A DNA stretch of 63,357 nucleotides, filler included, from Octopus bimaculoides (GCF_001194135.2; 6 parts of 6 records of this genome joined end to end with filler, not necessarily neighbours in it), one strand, 5' to 3'; shown: positions 12,001 through 26,279, counted from the whole stretch's first letter. Numbers and translations are program-made. Notes: a model not told the origin generated them from the sequence alone.

Positions 12001-13710
12001 TTAAAGTTCGCTAGGTAGTCGCATTCCTTTGTTGTTAAGTAATTTCGATGCTGGCAAATGACTGTGTTTAATTTGTTCATTGTTTTTGATTGTTTGTAGT
12101 TGACAAATCTTTCAGAGTAGGTAGTGTCTTGTAAGAGGTGAGATACAGAGTTTTTGTATTGTTCAGTATCCATAATGACGACAGTACTACCCTTATCTGC
12201 TTCTTTGATTGTGATGTCATGATTGTTTCGTAACTCATAGATGATTTCCCGTTCCCTTTTACTGGTGTTGGGTTTGGGTTTAGGTTGTGGAAGTTCACTA
12301 TAAGGAAAGTTTGAAATGTAATCACAAAATTTGTCCAAAGTTTTGTTTCTGCCTTTTGTGGGATTGTAACTGCTCTTGTTACGAACCATTGATTCGTCGC
12401 TATTGATTTCTTTGTCAAAAAATTCCTCAGTGAGGCGTAATTTTCCGCAAAAATGTGAGACATCATCCTGTATTTCACTCAGGTTGGGGTATTGTGGAGT
12501 TGGAGTGAATTTTAGTCCTTTTGAAAGGATTTTGATTTGTTGGTTCGATAGGTTTAGGTTTGATTCACTAATTTTGGTTATTCAGGGTTGATGCCCTGAC
12601 ATAAAAAATGATTTCTGAGGGTTCTTCCGTCTGCGGTATTTTGGTATGTGTCGATCTTTCCCCCATTGATGTGTTGCCTACGAAAGGGGTTTTGGTTGTT
12701 CCGGGGTCTGGGTTGTTGGTGTGGCCTACTGGAGGATTTTTGGTTATTTCGGGGTCTGGGTTGTTCGTACTGGGTGTAATTTTGCTTCCTTAGAGTGGGT
12801 TGGAACCTACAATCTTGGTTTAGAGGCGAATTCCTATATGACAGATGGGATCTCCGAGTTTGGAACGGTTTGGGTTGGAATCTACAAATGTGGTTTAGAG
12901 GTGAATTCCTGAGTGATGGGTGGAATCTCCGATTTTGGAACGGTTCTTGTGTGGGCTGGGATCTACAGTGTCTGGTAAAGTTTTGTGTTGGGTTGGTGGG
13001 TGCCTGGGTTCTTTTGATAGGGTTGTAGTGCTGTCTGTAAGTTCTGTTATTTTTGTTGTCAAAGTTAGGAGTGGTGTGTGTTTGATGTTTTCTTTGTTGC
13101 TCGTGACGTGTGTGAGTTATAGCTATTTTTAAAAATATGGGTTGCTTGTAAGGTGTTCGTTTTTAAATATAAAACACACAAAAATGCATATACACACGCC
13201 ACAATAAACTCTGGGACCAATCAAAAACGGCCCCCACACACAAACACAAACATGTATATACACACACATAGAGACATGCACAGAGACACACACACTCACA
13301 CCATTCTGACCTTTAAGACCAGTCCCCAAAACCACTGAACCATGACAGACTATCCCAGAAACAAATAAATCCTTTTAATTCTACATTGCTCTTCTTTCCC
13401 CCACCCCAACCAGCCTCATACTATCCCTTAAAATAGCAATCATTCCCTAGCTACTCACAAGAGAGAAAACATGTTAAAAAGACAGGTCGGTTCCTCTCCA
13501 ATTTTTTGTAAATTCTTAAATATATCTCCTTCTGTGTATATATATATATATACTACCAAACAAACATGATTTTTATTGAACTCCTAATACTTTTTGTTGA
13601 ATACTCTCTTTTAAACTGTTTTTAACATTTTCTTCTTATTATTATCAAAAAATGTAAATATGTATTTTAACACTTTTGTGACAACCAGTACTTAGCACAG
13701 CAAAGCTTAT
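9006..13710 (-). mobile_element. Penelope-like element 1 (Neptune-type), near full length but decayed, with an inverted copy of its 3' end
   Basis: Minus-strand frames give LSKGLKFTPTP, ITIKEADKGSTVVIMD, LPKIHK, LRPIVAG, FDVINLYTTIP, GTAMGTK and YLDDCLILW (RT). These are followed by a Cys-rich linker KKCGRSNC..C and GIY-YIG NLLYAIRCEG..KYYIGQT. 9151-9686 is the reverse complement of 13165-13710. Confidence 0.92.
9092..9133 (-). ncRNA. Decayed minimal hammerhead in the PLE 1 3' repeat
   Basis: ACTT-ttgaaaa-c-CTTTTT cta AAAAAG-t-GAAA-CCGG-TC-AAGT. Stems I-III and GUC are intact; the CUGANGA core has two transitions. Confidence 0.55.
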
Positions 13711-14625
13711 GCGAAAATCAGTTATTCGGCATGATAGATTAAATGCTTTGATTGAGCAAAATTCGAGAACAAAGGTTCGGAAACTTTCATCAGAACTCCA
13801 AACATCTCGCACAACTGTTTTTGGACACCTGTAAAAAATTGGAAATGTCAAGAAAACTGATAGGTTTGTCCCACATCAACTGAACGAAATTCAAAGAAAC
13901 AGACGCCTCGATGTGTGCTCCTTATTGCTTTCTCGACTGGAAAAGACCATTTTTGTATCAAATCATTACTTGTGACGAGAAATGGATACTCTTTGACAAC
14001 AGTAGGAGAACAAGACCGTGATTAGATACAGGAGAGTCACCTAAACACTACCCAAACCCACCATTGCACCCGAAAAAATTAGTGGTCACTGTAGGATGGT
14101 CTGTGAAGGGAGTTACTCATTATCTATTTTTACAACAAGGAAATTGATAGCAGCAACATCGTATTGCCAAGAAATTGATTGTAAGCATGAGAATTTAAAA
14201 AAGAAGCAACCCAGACTAGTGAATAGAGATGGCCCAGTTTTTCTCCTCGACAGTGCCCGTCCTCACACTCCTCAAGCTACAGTCCAAAAGCTGCAATGCC
14301 AGAATTATGAGATTTTGCAACATCCTTCTTATTCTCCTGATATCTCTCCTACTGATCATCAGTTATTTAAGCATTTTGAGCTTTTCATAAGCAATAAAAC
14401 ATTCTCAAATAAAGAAGAGGTAATTGAAGCATTCGGACAGTTTATCACAGCAAAAGATGAATTTTTTTTTTTTAAAGCATGGAATATATGACATAGAGAA
14501 ACGTTGGCTAAACGTCATAAATGAACATGGACCATACTTTGATTAAATAAATCAGTTCTCTAACACTTCTGCAACATTTTATTGTTACCTTTCAAATACG
14601 ACGTTTCATGTGAAACAACCTAATA
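13711..14625 (+). mobile_element. mariner (DD34D) transposon, 5'-truncated, with right TIR
   Basis: FVPHQL (WVPHEL-like), ITCDEKWILFDN, LLDSARPH and HPSYSPDISPTDHQLF, with 34 residues between the 2nd and 3rd Asp. Ends in ...tgaaacaacctaa-TA, a TATTAGGTTG-type TIR. Confidence 0.93.
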
Positions 14626-14747
14626 TATANNNNNNNNNNNNNNNNNNNNNNNNNNNNNNNNNNNNNNNNNNNNNNNNNNNNTATATATATATATATATAT
14701 AGATATATACATATAGATATATATGTATATGTGTGTATGTATGTATG

Positions 14748-14782
<35 letters not shown>

Positions 14783-16839
14783 TCACAAAAGAAAAAAAGA
14801 TATTAAAAAACCAGTGAATACAATATAAGCACTCAAACTTGGCTAATTAAAAACCATTGCAATCTCCATAGGCTGTGAAATTACTTTCTGCTGCCCATCC
14901 AATTTGTAAATCCGAAGTTCAAACACAGAATAAATTTAGTATAGTGAAAAAGAAAAAGAAAAAGAACTATAGAGAATCATACATTCATTTCGGATAGGTT
15001 GGCAACTCCCAAAATTCTGCGATGCAATAAGCATGCATATTAACCGATCCTATATTTCTCGGCGAAGTTTCTCTAGAGATAGAGAAACTTAACGCCTACT
15101 TAACCTTATCAAAACTATACTATACTGCTTGGAGTAGAGAACAATTTAAGTGGGTTGGACAGTAGTAAAGCATATAACATTTGACCTGTACTAGTGATAA
15201 GCAAGTATCTCATCAGACCTTCTTAGAAATTGTATTTATCAGCAGATCATGCTAGAAATGTAATATAGTACATAGTTTCTTCATCCCAGCCCATCAACTT
15301 GAAGAATGATTATTGCAAAATTCCTACCCCAGTTAAACTAATATTGACCAGTTCAAATACAGATAGGAGGTGTGTAGAACCAAGTAACTCAGTAGATAAT
15401 TAATTAGGGCACGTTAAAATGTCCTTTGATCAGTATTAATTCGAAATATAATCTATGAGTAGAAGATAAATTGAGTTAATGAGAATTTTAAAGGAAAATA
15501 ACCCACATATTATTCAATGAAGAAATAATGTGTTTCAGAAAAATTATTTTACTTAAGAGAATAAATATTTAAAAATTAAAATAAGTGTTATATGATCAAG
15601 ATAAAATAATATGAAAATTACATTAAGATTAAATTGAAAATAAATTAATAAATATAGAAAAATAAACAAATGGTCTAATTACAGATGAGGATGATAAAGT
15701 AAGACGTTCAAAAGATTGAGACTAAAACAATCACGACGAAGACACAATCCCATATACATCAATGTCTAAAACTGATAATTCCTGTAGAAGACTACAAAGT
15801 AGAACAATTGAAATATTGTGAACAAAACAGCAAAGACGAAGACACTAGTCTGATTATATCATTATATAAGAAATATCTGAAGAAGGCCAGAGGGTACAAC
15901 GACCGAAATGTTGTGACTAATAAAAACAAAGCGGAAAACATTAATCTGACTATATCAAAGCATAATAATGATATTTTCTTGTCTTGGCGATTCAGTTAAC
16001 AATTAATCATTTTTTGCTTTTCTGTAAAAAGTCTTTTCATTGGATATTCATGAATATAGGAACATGCATACGTATATACATTCCCAAAACATACATACAT
16101 ACAAATATACATACATACATGCATACAGACAGACAGACAGACACACACACACACACACACATACACACACTCATACTCTCTCACACACACATCCACAAAC
16201 GCGCGCACATTTGGGTGTGCAAATACATTCGTTCCATTTCATATCTTTTTTTTTACTTGTATCAGCAACCATACTGAGACACCACCTTAAAGGTTTCAGT
16301 CGATCGAATCGACCCCAGTACTTGCTTTGTTTTAAGCTTAGTAATTAATCTATCATTTTCCTCAACCGAACCGTTATATATACGAAGGGCTTCTTTCGGT
16401 TTCAGTCCACCAAATTCACTCACATGTCATTGACCGACCTGGGTCTAGAGTAGAAGACACTTGTCCAAGGAACTGACCCCGGTATCACTTGTCAGAGGGA
16501 CTGACCCCTGTATCATGTGTTTGGGAAGTAAACTTCTTACCACACAGCCACACCTGCGCTTAAAGAGGAAAAGTTTGCTTTAGATCAGTGGTTCTCAACC
16601 ATTTCTTACCGCTAGATCCCTCACAATTTCTCCAAGTAAATATACAAACTTCCCCTGTGAGATGGCGACTAACAATATATAAGGATTGTGTGGTGTTAAT
16701 TTTGTTGATTCTCTATAAAAGACAGACATAGTAAACTGAAGTTTATAGAAAGAAATGAAGGACATAACTTCTTTAACGACGGTTTAACAATATCGCCTAC
16801 TTGGTAATATTTATTAAATTCAGTATTTCGAGTAATTAA

Positions 16840-17260
16840 GACGGCAAGCTAGCCGGGGAAAATGCTTAGCGGCAATTCTTCCGACTCTCTGTTCTGAGTT
16901 CAAATGCCGCCGGAGCCCACTTTGCTTTTCAACCTTTCACGTCAATAAAATAAGTACCAGTCGAGTACTGAAGTCGATGTAATCGACTTACTCCCTCCTC
17001 AGAAATTATTGGCTTTGAGTCAAAATCTGAAATCACTATTGCGAGTAATCCGAAGGCAGAATTGTTAGCACGTTGGGCAAAGCACTTAGCAGCCTTTCAT
17101 CCGCCTTCACGTTCTGAGTTCAAATTGTGCTGCTGTCGACTTTGCCTTTCATCTTACCGAGATCTACAAAATAAGTACCAGTCGAACACTGCATTCAATG
17201 TAATCGACTTATCTCCTCCCCCGAAATTTCAGGCCTTGTGCCAAAATTTGAAATCAATAT
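16840..17260 (+). mobile_element. Two head-to-tail Deu/Nin SINEs
   Basis: Same head and core motifs, present twice. Confidence 0.8.
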
Positions 17261-17782
17261 TACATGTAGTTCTATCTCACTGTCTGTTTTGATTATTTTT
17301 TCTTTTTACTCAGCTTATAAAAAGCCTGAAATTTACATTGTAGATAAGGTGTTGGCATTCCTTCTTGAGTCCTGGGTCCTGAATTTGTCAATGTGCTCGT
17401 CACACTTCAGTAAAATCTTTTCACCAAATATATGATTAAGAATATTAGAGCGGGCGAGAAAGTGTGAATGTGTGTGTGCTTGCGTGAGACAAAGAGAGAG
17501 AGGCGGGAGGGATGAGAAAGGGAGAGAAGGAGAGAAGGGAGCGATTCGTACCCATCTTACTGGAAATTGCTTAATCCACCTTGTATGTAGTCCGATTCGG
17601 ATATTGTATTGGATATCAAGTATATATTCCAAAATTGGCTTCAGATTGGGCAGAAGGACATTATCGCTTTCAGAAAGGCATTGGTGCTTTCGTGAAAGGA
17701 ATTCACTTCAAAACTGACTCACCGATCAGTTCAACGAGGAAATTACTTCACCCACGCATACACACACACACACGCACACACA

Positions 17783-17826
<44 letters not shown>

Positions 17827-17970
17827 ACAGAGGCACATACATGCACACACACACACACACACACACAAACACGCGCACACACGCATTCGTACACATCCAC
17901 ACACGCGCACAATCAGATATAAATTGCATATCTTTTACTTTGCAATACGCACGCGCGAATACACCCACAT

Positions 17971-18015
<45 letters not shown>

Positions 18016-19859
18016 TATTGCAGATCTCTTGTTTTTCGTTCATGTCATAAACACGGTATAACATACTGATATAAAAATTTTATGTGGTTAATACAACTAG
18101 AAATAATCCATACAATCTTATTTTACGATGTTGGGGGAAATTACTGAAAGGTTATGCAGTGATATTACACAGATATTCTATGATTAACATCAAAATATGA
18201 CCAAACTAGATCGATATCTCTCTGTGTGTAAGAGCTGTAAGACTAACATGATGCAATTTTATATTGATTTTAATATTCACACTGACAAGAATGATATTCT
18301 GCTTGGGAATTCATTTTTTTTTTGAACTAAAAAAGAAAGGGTCGATTCGATAATGAATAACTTTATAAAATAAAACACATAAAAAAAAACAAAGAAAGCA
18401 AGCAAAGCAACAATAATTTGGAAGCATGGAGTAAGGTGTTACTTTTGAGTTTGTGATTTGGAATCTGAATCAATGCTCTTTTTATGTGATACAGTTTGTT
18501 TTATGCTCTGTTATTTCCTTACGGTTTATTTATGGTAATTTACATTGCTATATTTATGAATTGATAGTATTTATCCTAACTAGTTTGATTTGCACGAAGC
18601 AATTGTTTTAGTTTCAATACATACTCTAAGATCAAATTACTTGTCAAACAAATACAACAAAGAGATGACATTTTCATATGAGTCATTGTTTAAACAATCA
18701 AACGTTGCTGGACTAATTCACCTCCTGTCTTTATCGCTTCATTGTCTCGACACTTGTCTTTCTATGTCTGCATATAATAATAATGTTTAGCATGGTTCAG
18801 TTCCAAAGTAGAACATCAACTCTAAACACTGAGTTTCAAATCTTAAATCACTGCACGAGTACTTCAAGGAACATTGCTCTCTCACAGCTGACTGGTTTCA
18901 GGTTCAGTCTCGCTACGCGGCTCCATGAATTACTACAATAGCTTCGGCACGACCAATGCCTGGTGAGAGAAATTGATTGAGGGAAACAGCAGAAGTCTGT
19001 CGTATCTATACACACAAATATTTAACTTGTATGTTAGTGAAAAGGGAATCCAGCCTTGTTACGCTGATTCTGCCCGATGATTATGTCAAGTATTTCACGC
19101 GTCTGTGAAATACTTGGACACATATTGATCCAGGAGGAGATAATTCAGTGATTTAGTCATTCGAACAGCTGGAACCTTATTGTCAAACGAAGGAATGCAA
19201 CACCACCACCAACACTGTCACCTCCATGTCACATCCTTCTTGAATAAAATGGATTATCTGGAATGCACAGTAGATCATTCTCTTTTTTATTGTGCCATAT
19301 TATTCCAAATTCCAGCGTTTAAAGAAATTTGGTCATGTATGAATATAAATCGACGATATCGAACTGGGTGAATTTATATCAAATTTTGTCTTTAATCTTA
19401 TTAAAACCCATTAACTACGTTACTACAGGTACTCCACGTGGTTTTCTTAATTTTGCAAATTACTGCTGTTAACGACGCACGCGCGCGAGTAAATATATTT
19501 TTATTACTGTTGCTAAGCGTTGTCGATTCACTGCTCGATGAAAGCCTCATCATGCAGTTATCAGCTTTTTCTCTGTCTCCTGCCAGTTGACAGAAATCCA
19601 CACTTTACCAATATTGCTGTGCTATCTCTTTTGTGACCTTTCGTGTTTCCTTTCCGCCTTTAGGCACCATTCCATAATAGTTATTGTCTGGTTGGTTCTC
19701 TACCGGTGTCTTGCCTGCGTTCATTTTGTCACTTTTCCATTGGCGACAACATTGTGTATATTCGTCTGTTCTTTTATCCGTTTATTTGTCATTATGTTAT
19801 GCGAAACATTGATATTTTTATTTTTTTACTGGCACACGGTCATTTCATCTCCGCTGTTA

Positions 19860-20790
19860 GTGTTCTTTTTCTGACCATATGCATTGGTGTAGAAATTTTC
19901 ATTTTCAGGCAAACTAGGCGGTTTGATTTCATGCTGTCGCTGAGCATTTTGAAAGAAGTCCATCCTAAGATTAATTTCTTCTTTATTTCTCTAGTGTCCC
20001 TTTTTTTTTCTTCAGCGATCATTCTTTGTCCTTGGTATGTATAGTTTTCTATTTGTCCTATATCTCCCTTATGAACGATTTTGGCATCACGTTGTCATTT
20101 GTAATGAATTTTGTTTCACTCTTTTTAACTCATTCAGTCAAATGAATTTTTCCAAATATGTGAAAAGTTTAATTCCCATGTTGACTCTTTGTCGCATTCC
20201 ATACTCATTTTAACAGTATCCTCTTTCTGTATAATTTGGTGACGGTCACGCTACACGTCTTTTATCTAGTAGATGTAAATTCATTTTATGCTGTCGTCTT
20301 CCAATGAAGTCAGTAAAGCTTGTAACTCTATCGAGTCGAAAGCTTTCTTGTAATCAATTCTTTAAATGCTATAGTATACACTTCAATCAGTTGATTGATG
20401 TTGTGTCATATGTAGTCGCTGGTGGAGAAACCGTTTCTAAATCCTACCTGTTCTCATGGCTGCTTGTTATCTAGAGTCCTTTCGATTCTTTTGGTAAGTA
20501 TGCATTTCAACAACTTGTACAAATTTAACAATTAAGTTATTGGCAATTGTCCTTGAAGTTTCATTTGCTTCATTTTTTGAAGACTGTCGTTTCCTCTTCC
20601 CACTGTTCCCGTATTTTACTTTTGTTGACTCACACTGAGTATCATCTAACACGGTTTCTCTTAGTAAGTTCATCTCTCAACGACGGTATCATGATGTTGT
20701 CCCTGGGATTTACTTTTCTTGTGCTTTGACTCTTTATTTGCATCGCAGTTGATAATATCAAGCGTGTGTACGTGAATGTTTTACATCTCA
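19860..20790 (-). mobile_element. RTE-clade LINE RT remnant
   Basis: Minus-strand pieces KIREQWEE, TLDNKQP*EQVGFRNGFSTSDYI, DYKKAFDSIE, GMRQ...KLFT and YQGQ...EIKKKLILGWTSFK, with many stops. Confidence 0.75.
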
Positions 20791-20820
20791 AATTCTGTGT
20801 TCGAACACAGTAGAAGACCA

Positions 20821-20954
<134 letters not shown>

Positions 20955-21187
20955 ACACAATTTTTTGTAAAATTCCTCCACTCACATTATAATTTTATTC
21001 CAATCACAAAGTCTCTGTCATCTTTGCCGCACAATCAAATAATTCTATTTATCTCTGCAATATCAAACTTCTGTTCTTCATTACCCTTCGTGACATGCAC
21101 ATTCTGTACATTACTAGGGTTTTCACCAAGTTGCTCCTAGTCTCATCAAAGATGATTTCTCCAAGAAATAGAGAGAGACGGACAGAC

Positions 21188-21225
<38 letters not shown>

Positions 21226-21276
21226 ATAGAGACATAGGGAGAAAGAAGGGGAGAGATGGAGAGACAGAGAAGTTGC

Positions 21277-21323
<47 letters not shown>

Positions 21324-21495
21324 ATTTGCAGAGTCATCGTCAGTATAAGACTGTTACTTTATGGACCTCTACATAACCAAATTTAAACCTACCTCGGCCA
21401 TATATGTCAACAAAGAGTCGGAGCCAATATCACAAAATAATCTCTCTGACGGTCTAAGAACTCTGCCAATTCGTCTCCTGAAATACATACATACA

Positions 21496-21528
<33 letters not shown>

Positions 21529-21572
21529 GCATAGAAATGTACGTAATGTATGTATGTAATACATAATGCATG

Positions 21573-21605
<33 letters not shown>

Positions 21606-21879
21606 ACGTCTTTGGGATATATTTCAGGGATTTCCTTTGCATATTTCAAGCCGAACAACGTGACAACGCTCTTTTGTTCAAGTCAAGACAAGCACTTGGA
21701 GTTAGTGGTTACCTGTATTCGTTAATATATGTATATATGTGTATGCGTGTGGATAAATTTGTATACGAAATGTGGATGTGCATGTTACGTCAGAACACAA
21801 GGGTGTATGCGTCAGTACTGTTTGTATATGCGTGTATTAGGTATTCCATATGCTTGTCCAACATGTAGACAACCATCAT

Positions 21880-21949
<70 letters not shown>

Positions 21950-22369
21950 CGTACGTGTGTGTGTGTGCTCACGCGCGCGTGCTATACCTATAACCTGAAA
22001 TTCTGCAACTTTCTCTGGCTTTTACTCATATCCTAATTCTTCAAATGCCGAAACTTAATATTGGGTTAAAATTTTGGTACAGGTAAAATTTTACCTGGTC
22101 AGAAAAAGAACACTAACAGCGGAGGAGAAATGACCGTGTGCCAGTAAAAAATAAAAATTATCAATGTTTCGCATAACATAATGACAAATAAACGGAAAAA
22201 AGAACAGACGAATATACACAATGTTGTCGCCAATGGAAAAGTGACAAAATGAACGCAGGCAAGACACCGGTAGAGAACCAACCAGACAATAACTATTATG
22301 GAATGGTGCCTAAAGGCGGGTGGGGGGGAAAGGAAACACGAAAGGTCCCCTAAAATTTTGCAATTTTAG

Positions 22370-22548
22370 GGGAAGGGTAAATTGATTACATCGACCTTAG
22401 TATTCAACTGGTACTTATTTTATCGACCCCGAGAAGATGAAAGGTAAAAGTCAACCTTGGCAGAATTTGAACTCAGAACGTAAAGACGGACGAAATGCTG
22501 CTAAGCATTTTGCCCGTCGGGCAAATGATTCTGCCTGTTCACTGCCTG
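22370..22548 (-). mobile_element. Deu/Nin SINE
   Basis: Reverse complement of the consensus (actggtacttattttatcgacccc...gaatttgaactcagaacg). Confidence 0.8.
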
Positions 22549-23487
22549 AAGTGAAACTTAATATTTCCAACTTAAGATCTATTTGGCATAAATTCATGTG
22601 ATTTTCGTTCTTTGACTAAGAGTTTTCTCTGTAAGAGATATTGGATGCATTCCTGTTACTTATCTATATTTATTTACTTTATCTTTCCTTTCGGGATTTT
22701 GAATTAAACATCAATCGGATACTAAAAATTATTGAGTTCATTGTTTTACCATTTTAACACTTTTATGTAAATTGATGTGAAAATATCGCTAAGATACAAG
22801 GTTTCAATTTGATGAAGGAAATGGATTGCGATTCCTGTATAGCTGAAAGATAATTTATTCTAGGATTGTGTCGGGCGAATTGTCTTGCAGTAGTTCTCTC
22901 GGGTGTTTATGTTCCTGAGTTCAAATTCCACCAAGATCAATTTTGACTTTCATACACCCGGAGTCGATAAAATAAAGTACCAAAGTACTAAAGGATTAGG
23001 GTCGTTTGCATCATCTAACCTCATTTTCCGTTCAAAAGTTGCTGGCTTTGTGCCTAAATTAGAAGTTATTCCATAATTATATAATTAAATATTAGAGGTA
23101 GAGTGCTGTTCCTCACAAGAATCTTTAAAATAACCAGTTATGAGATTTGTTAAATTCTTAATTATAGTATTTTGCTTGAAGAAACCTCTGAAAGGAAATT
23201 GATTTATTACTCGATTACTACTTTATTTTATTGACACTAGAGAAGTGAAAAACAAAATTGATCTCAGAAAAGACTGAACTCAGAACGTAAAGAGGCGTAA
23301 CTAAATACCGCAAAGTATTTTTTTCGGACACTCTACCGACTCTGTCCCCTTCGTCATTGACTTCGCTAATATCCATAATATATCACATTAATTACATTTT
23401 TAATTCATGATTGATTGAATAAGTACCTGGAATTTAATGGGAATAAAGTCCTTCAGTTATACATTTTCTCTGCGTAATATACAACTT

Positions 23488-23750
23488 GTGCAGGCGCGTG
23501 GCCCAGCGCTTAGGCTGTTGCAACTCACGATCGCTAGGTCGTGAGTTCCATTCCCTAATTGGGCGACGCGTTGTGTTCTTGTGTAAAACACTTCATTTCA
23601 CGTTGCTCCAGTTCCTGCTTCGATCTGTGGAGAATGTTGGCCTGCTCGCCTAGCCAGCGGGGTTGAGTTATTTGATGGCTAAAATAATGCAAAACGCATT
23701 GTGACCAGCGGTGTCTTACATTTGATAGCCTGGTCGGTCATGCGATAACG
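23488..23750 (+). mobile_element. tRNA-headed SINE of a different family (Meta/V/CORE-like core)
   Basis: gcgtggcccagcgcttagg...gtcgtgagttccattccc head, then ttgtgttcttgtgtaaaacacttcatttcacgttgctccag. Confidence 0.6.
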
Positions 23751-25172
23751 TAAATATACAACTTGTTTCAGTCCAAAACAAATAAATATTATCTTCAAGT
23801 ATTTTGATATTATCTTCAGGTGTTTCTATATTATCTTCAGTTGTTTTAACACCCAGTGCTAAGTGGAAGTCGTCTCCAGAACGCTGGCCGCAGCGAAACG
23901 GCGGACAAGCAAAACATACTCATTGAATATGTGCGGTCGATAATGTTTACAAGACTAGCGTTGCTTCTAATTTATAATTGGATTTGTTCTTAGGTATACA
24001 TTATCGTGATAAACCAACAAATGATTCTTACACTATTTGTATATAGTTATAAACTGGCGATTCAGTTCATCCTCGGTCTGATTCAGGTGTATGATATTGA
24101 TAAACCACAAAAATGACAAAATATCGCTATCCATCGTTTCTGAAAGGGATTGGAGATGAGTTGTCTCGCCTGTTTAAGAGGAAATCGTCCCCAGGGCACT
24201 ATACCGCAGTGAACTGGTGAACAAGCGAACTACATACATTGAATGAATAAGTGCGGTCGGTAATGTGCTGCATTTAATTCATAATCCAAAGATTATCTTA
24301 CGTTAGTAGTTTTGTGCTAATATAAGAAAATTTTATCGACTGCTAAATACGTACCACCACGTGAAAACCAAAATATATTTTACGAAAATAATTTTTAAAG
24401 TTTTTTTTTCTTTACTAGCAGAAACTATTAAAGAAAATTCACTTCGCGATTTTCAAAAGCAGCAATATTTTACCACTATTTAAAAACAAACTATGCAAGA
24501 TACCCAAGTTACAATAATAGTGACAAAGGAATTTCAAAGTACATTACCAGAATGTCATGAATTTAGCTAGTAGACTAATGTAGTCTAATGTATTCTAAAA
24601 TACTTCCAAAGTGTGATTGTTTAGCAAAGCGAAGGAAAATTAATTAAATCACTCCGCATACTAATCCTGTTCACGCTTAATTTTCTAAAACAGCAGAGTT
24701 ATCCCACGTACACTAAAAAAACAAAACACTTCAAGAGTTCTCTCCCTTGAAACAGTCATTTCAAAGATGAAGTTAAAATACGTTTTGTATTAACAGCAGC
24801 AATAAAACTAGAAATATATTAATTTACTGGAATGATTCAAATCTAATAAACATTCTCTGTTTAACAATCTCTTATTTATGTGCTTAGATTAAAGAGAGTT
24901 TTATTGATACCGAATATTATTAAGTTTTGGTTACATGTAATATCTAAGTTCATTTCAGCAGTGTTCGATCTTTTAAAAATAGCCTCGGTTATCTTCGTCA
25001 ACATTCTGGCAAGATGAGGTGTTTTCCCTCAGTCCTGTTGCTGGTATTCTTAATTAGCGTCCCTTTTTTCCGGATTCGACGTAAGTTTTGCAAACTGTTA
25101 AGATGAATGATATACCACTTGTCCTACCCGCACTAATATTTACATTTAGCATCATGTCTGCACGCACGGAAG

Positions 25173-25207
<35 letters not shown>

Positions 25208-25431
25208 CTATGTATGCATGTACTTATGTATATATGTATATTTATAATACATGTATTGCCAAGATAATTATTTATAGGTGCAGGAGTGGCTATGTAGCTT
25301 GCTTAACAACTACATGGTTCCGGGATCAGTCCCACTGCGTGGGACCTTCGGCAAGTGTCTTCTACAATAGCCTCGGGCCAACCAAAGCCTTGTGAGTGGA
25401 TTTGGTAGAGGGAAACTGATAGAAGCCGTCG

Positions 25432-25476
<45 letters not shown>

Positions 25477-25878
25477 NNNNNNNNNNNNNNNNNNNNNNNN
25501 NNNNNNNNNNNNNNNNNNNNNNNNNNNNNNNNNNNNNNNNNNNNNNNNNNNNNNNNNNNNNNNNNNNNNNNNNNNNNNNNNNNNNNNNNNNNNNNNNNNN
25601 NNNNNNNNNNNNNNNNNNNNNNNNNNNNNNNNNNNNNNNNNNNNNNNNNNNNNNNNNNNNNNNNNNNNNNNNNNNNNNNNNNNNNNNNNNNNNNNNNNNN
25701 NNNNNNNNNNNNNNNNNNNNNNNNNNNNNNNNNNNNNNNNNNNNNNNNNNNNNNNNNNNNNNNNNNNNNNNNNNNNNNNNNNNNNNNNNNATCTATCTAT
25801 CTATCTATCTATCTATCTATATATATATTTGTTTTGCAAGATTCATTGGCTAAAGTGGCAATATGACCATCCCCAAGT

Positions 25879-25914
<36 letters not shown>

Positions 25915-25918
<4 letters not shown>

Positions 25919-26245
25919 TTTTATTCTTTTATTTGTTTCAGTCATTTGACTGCAGCCATGCTGGAGCACCACCTTACAGGGTGTTTTAGTAGAAGAAATC
26001 ACCCCCAGGGCTTATTCTTTATAAGCCTAGTACTTATTCTATCGATCCTCTTGCCGAACCGCTAAGTTACGGGGACGTAAACACTGATTTCGGTTGTCAA
26101 GCGATGGTGGGAGACAAACACAGACACAAAGACACACACACACACACACATACATACATACATACATACATACATACAGACAGACAGACAGACATACATA
26201 CATACATACATACATATATATGTACATATAGATATACATACATAC

Positions 26246-26279
<34 letters not shown>

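Noticed and set aside
16586-16620. hAT TIR cagtggttctcaacc
   Set aside because: No matching right end or TSD found.
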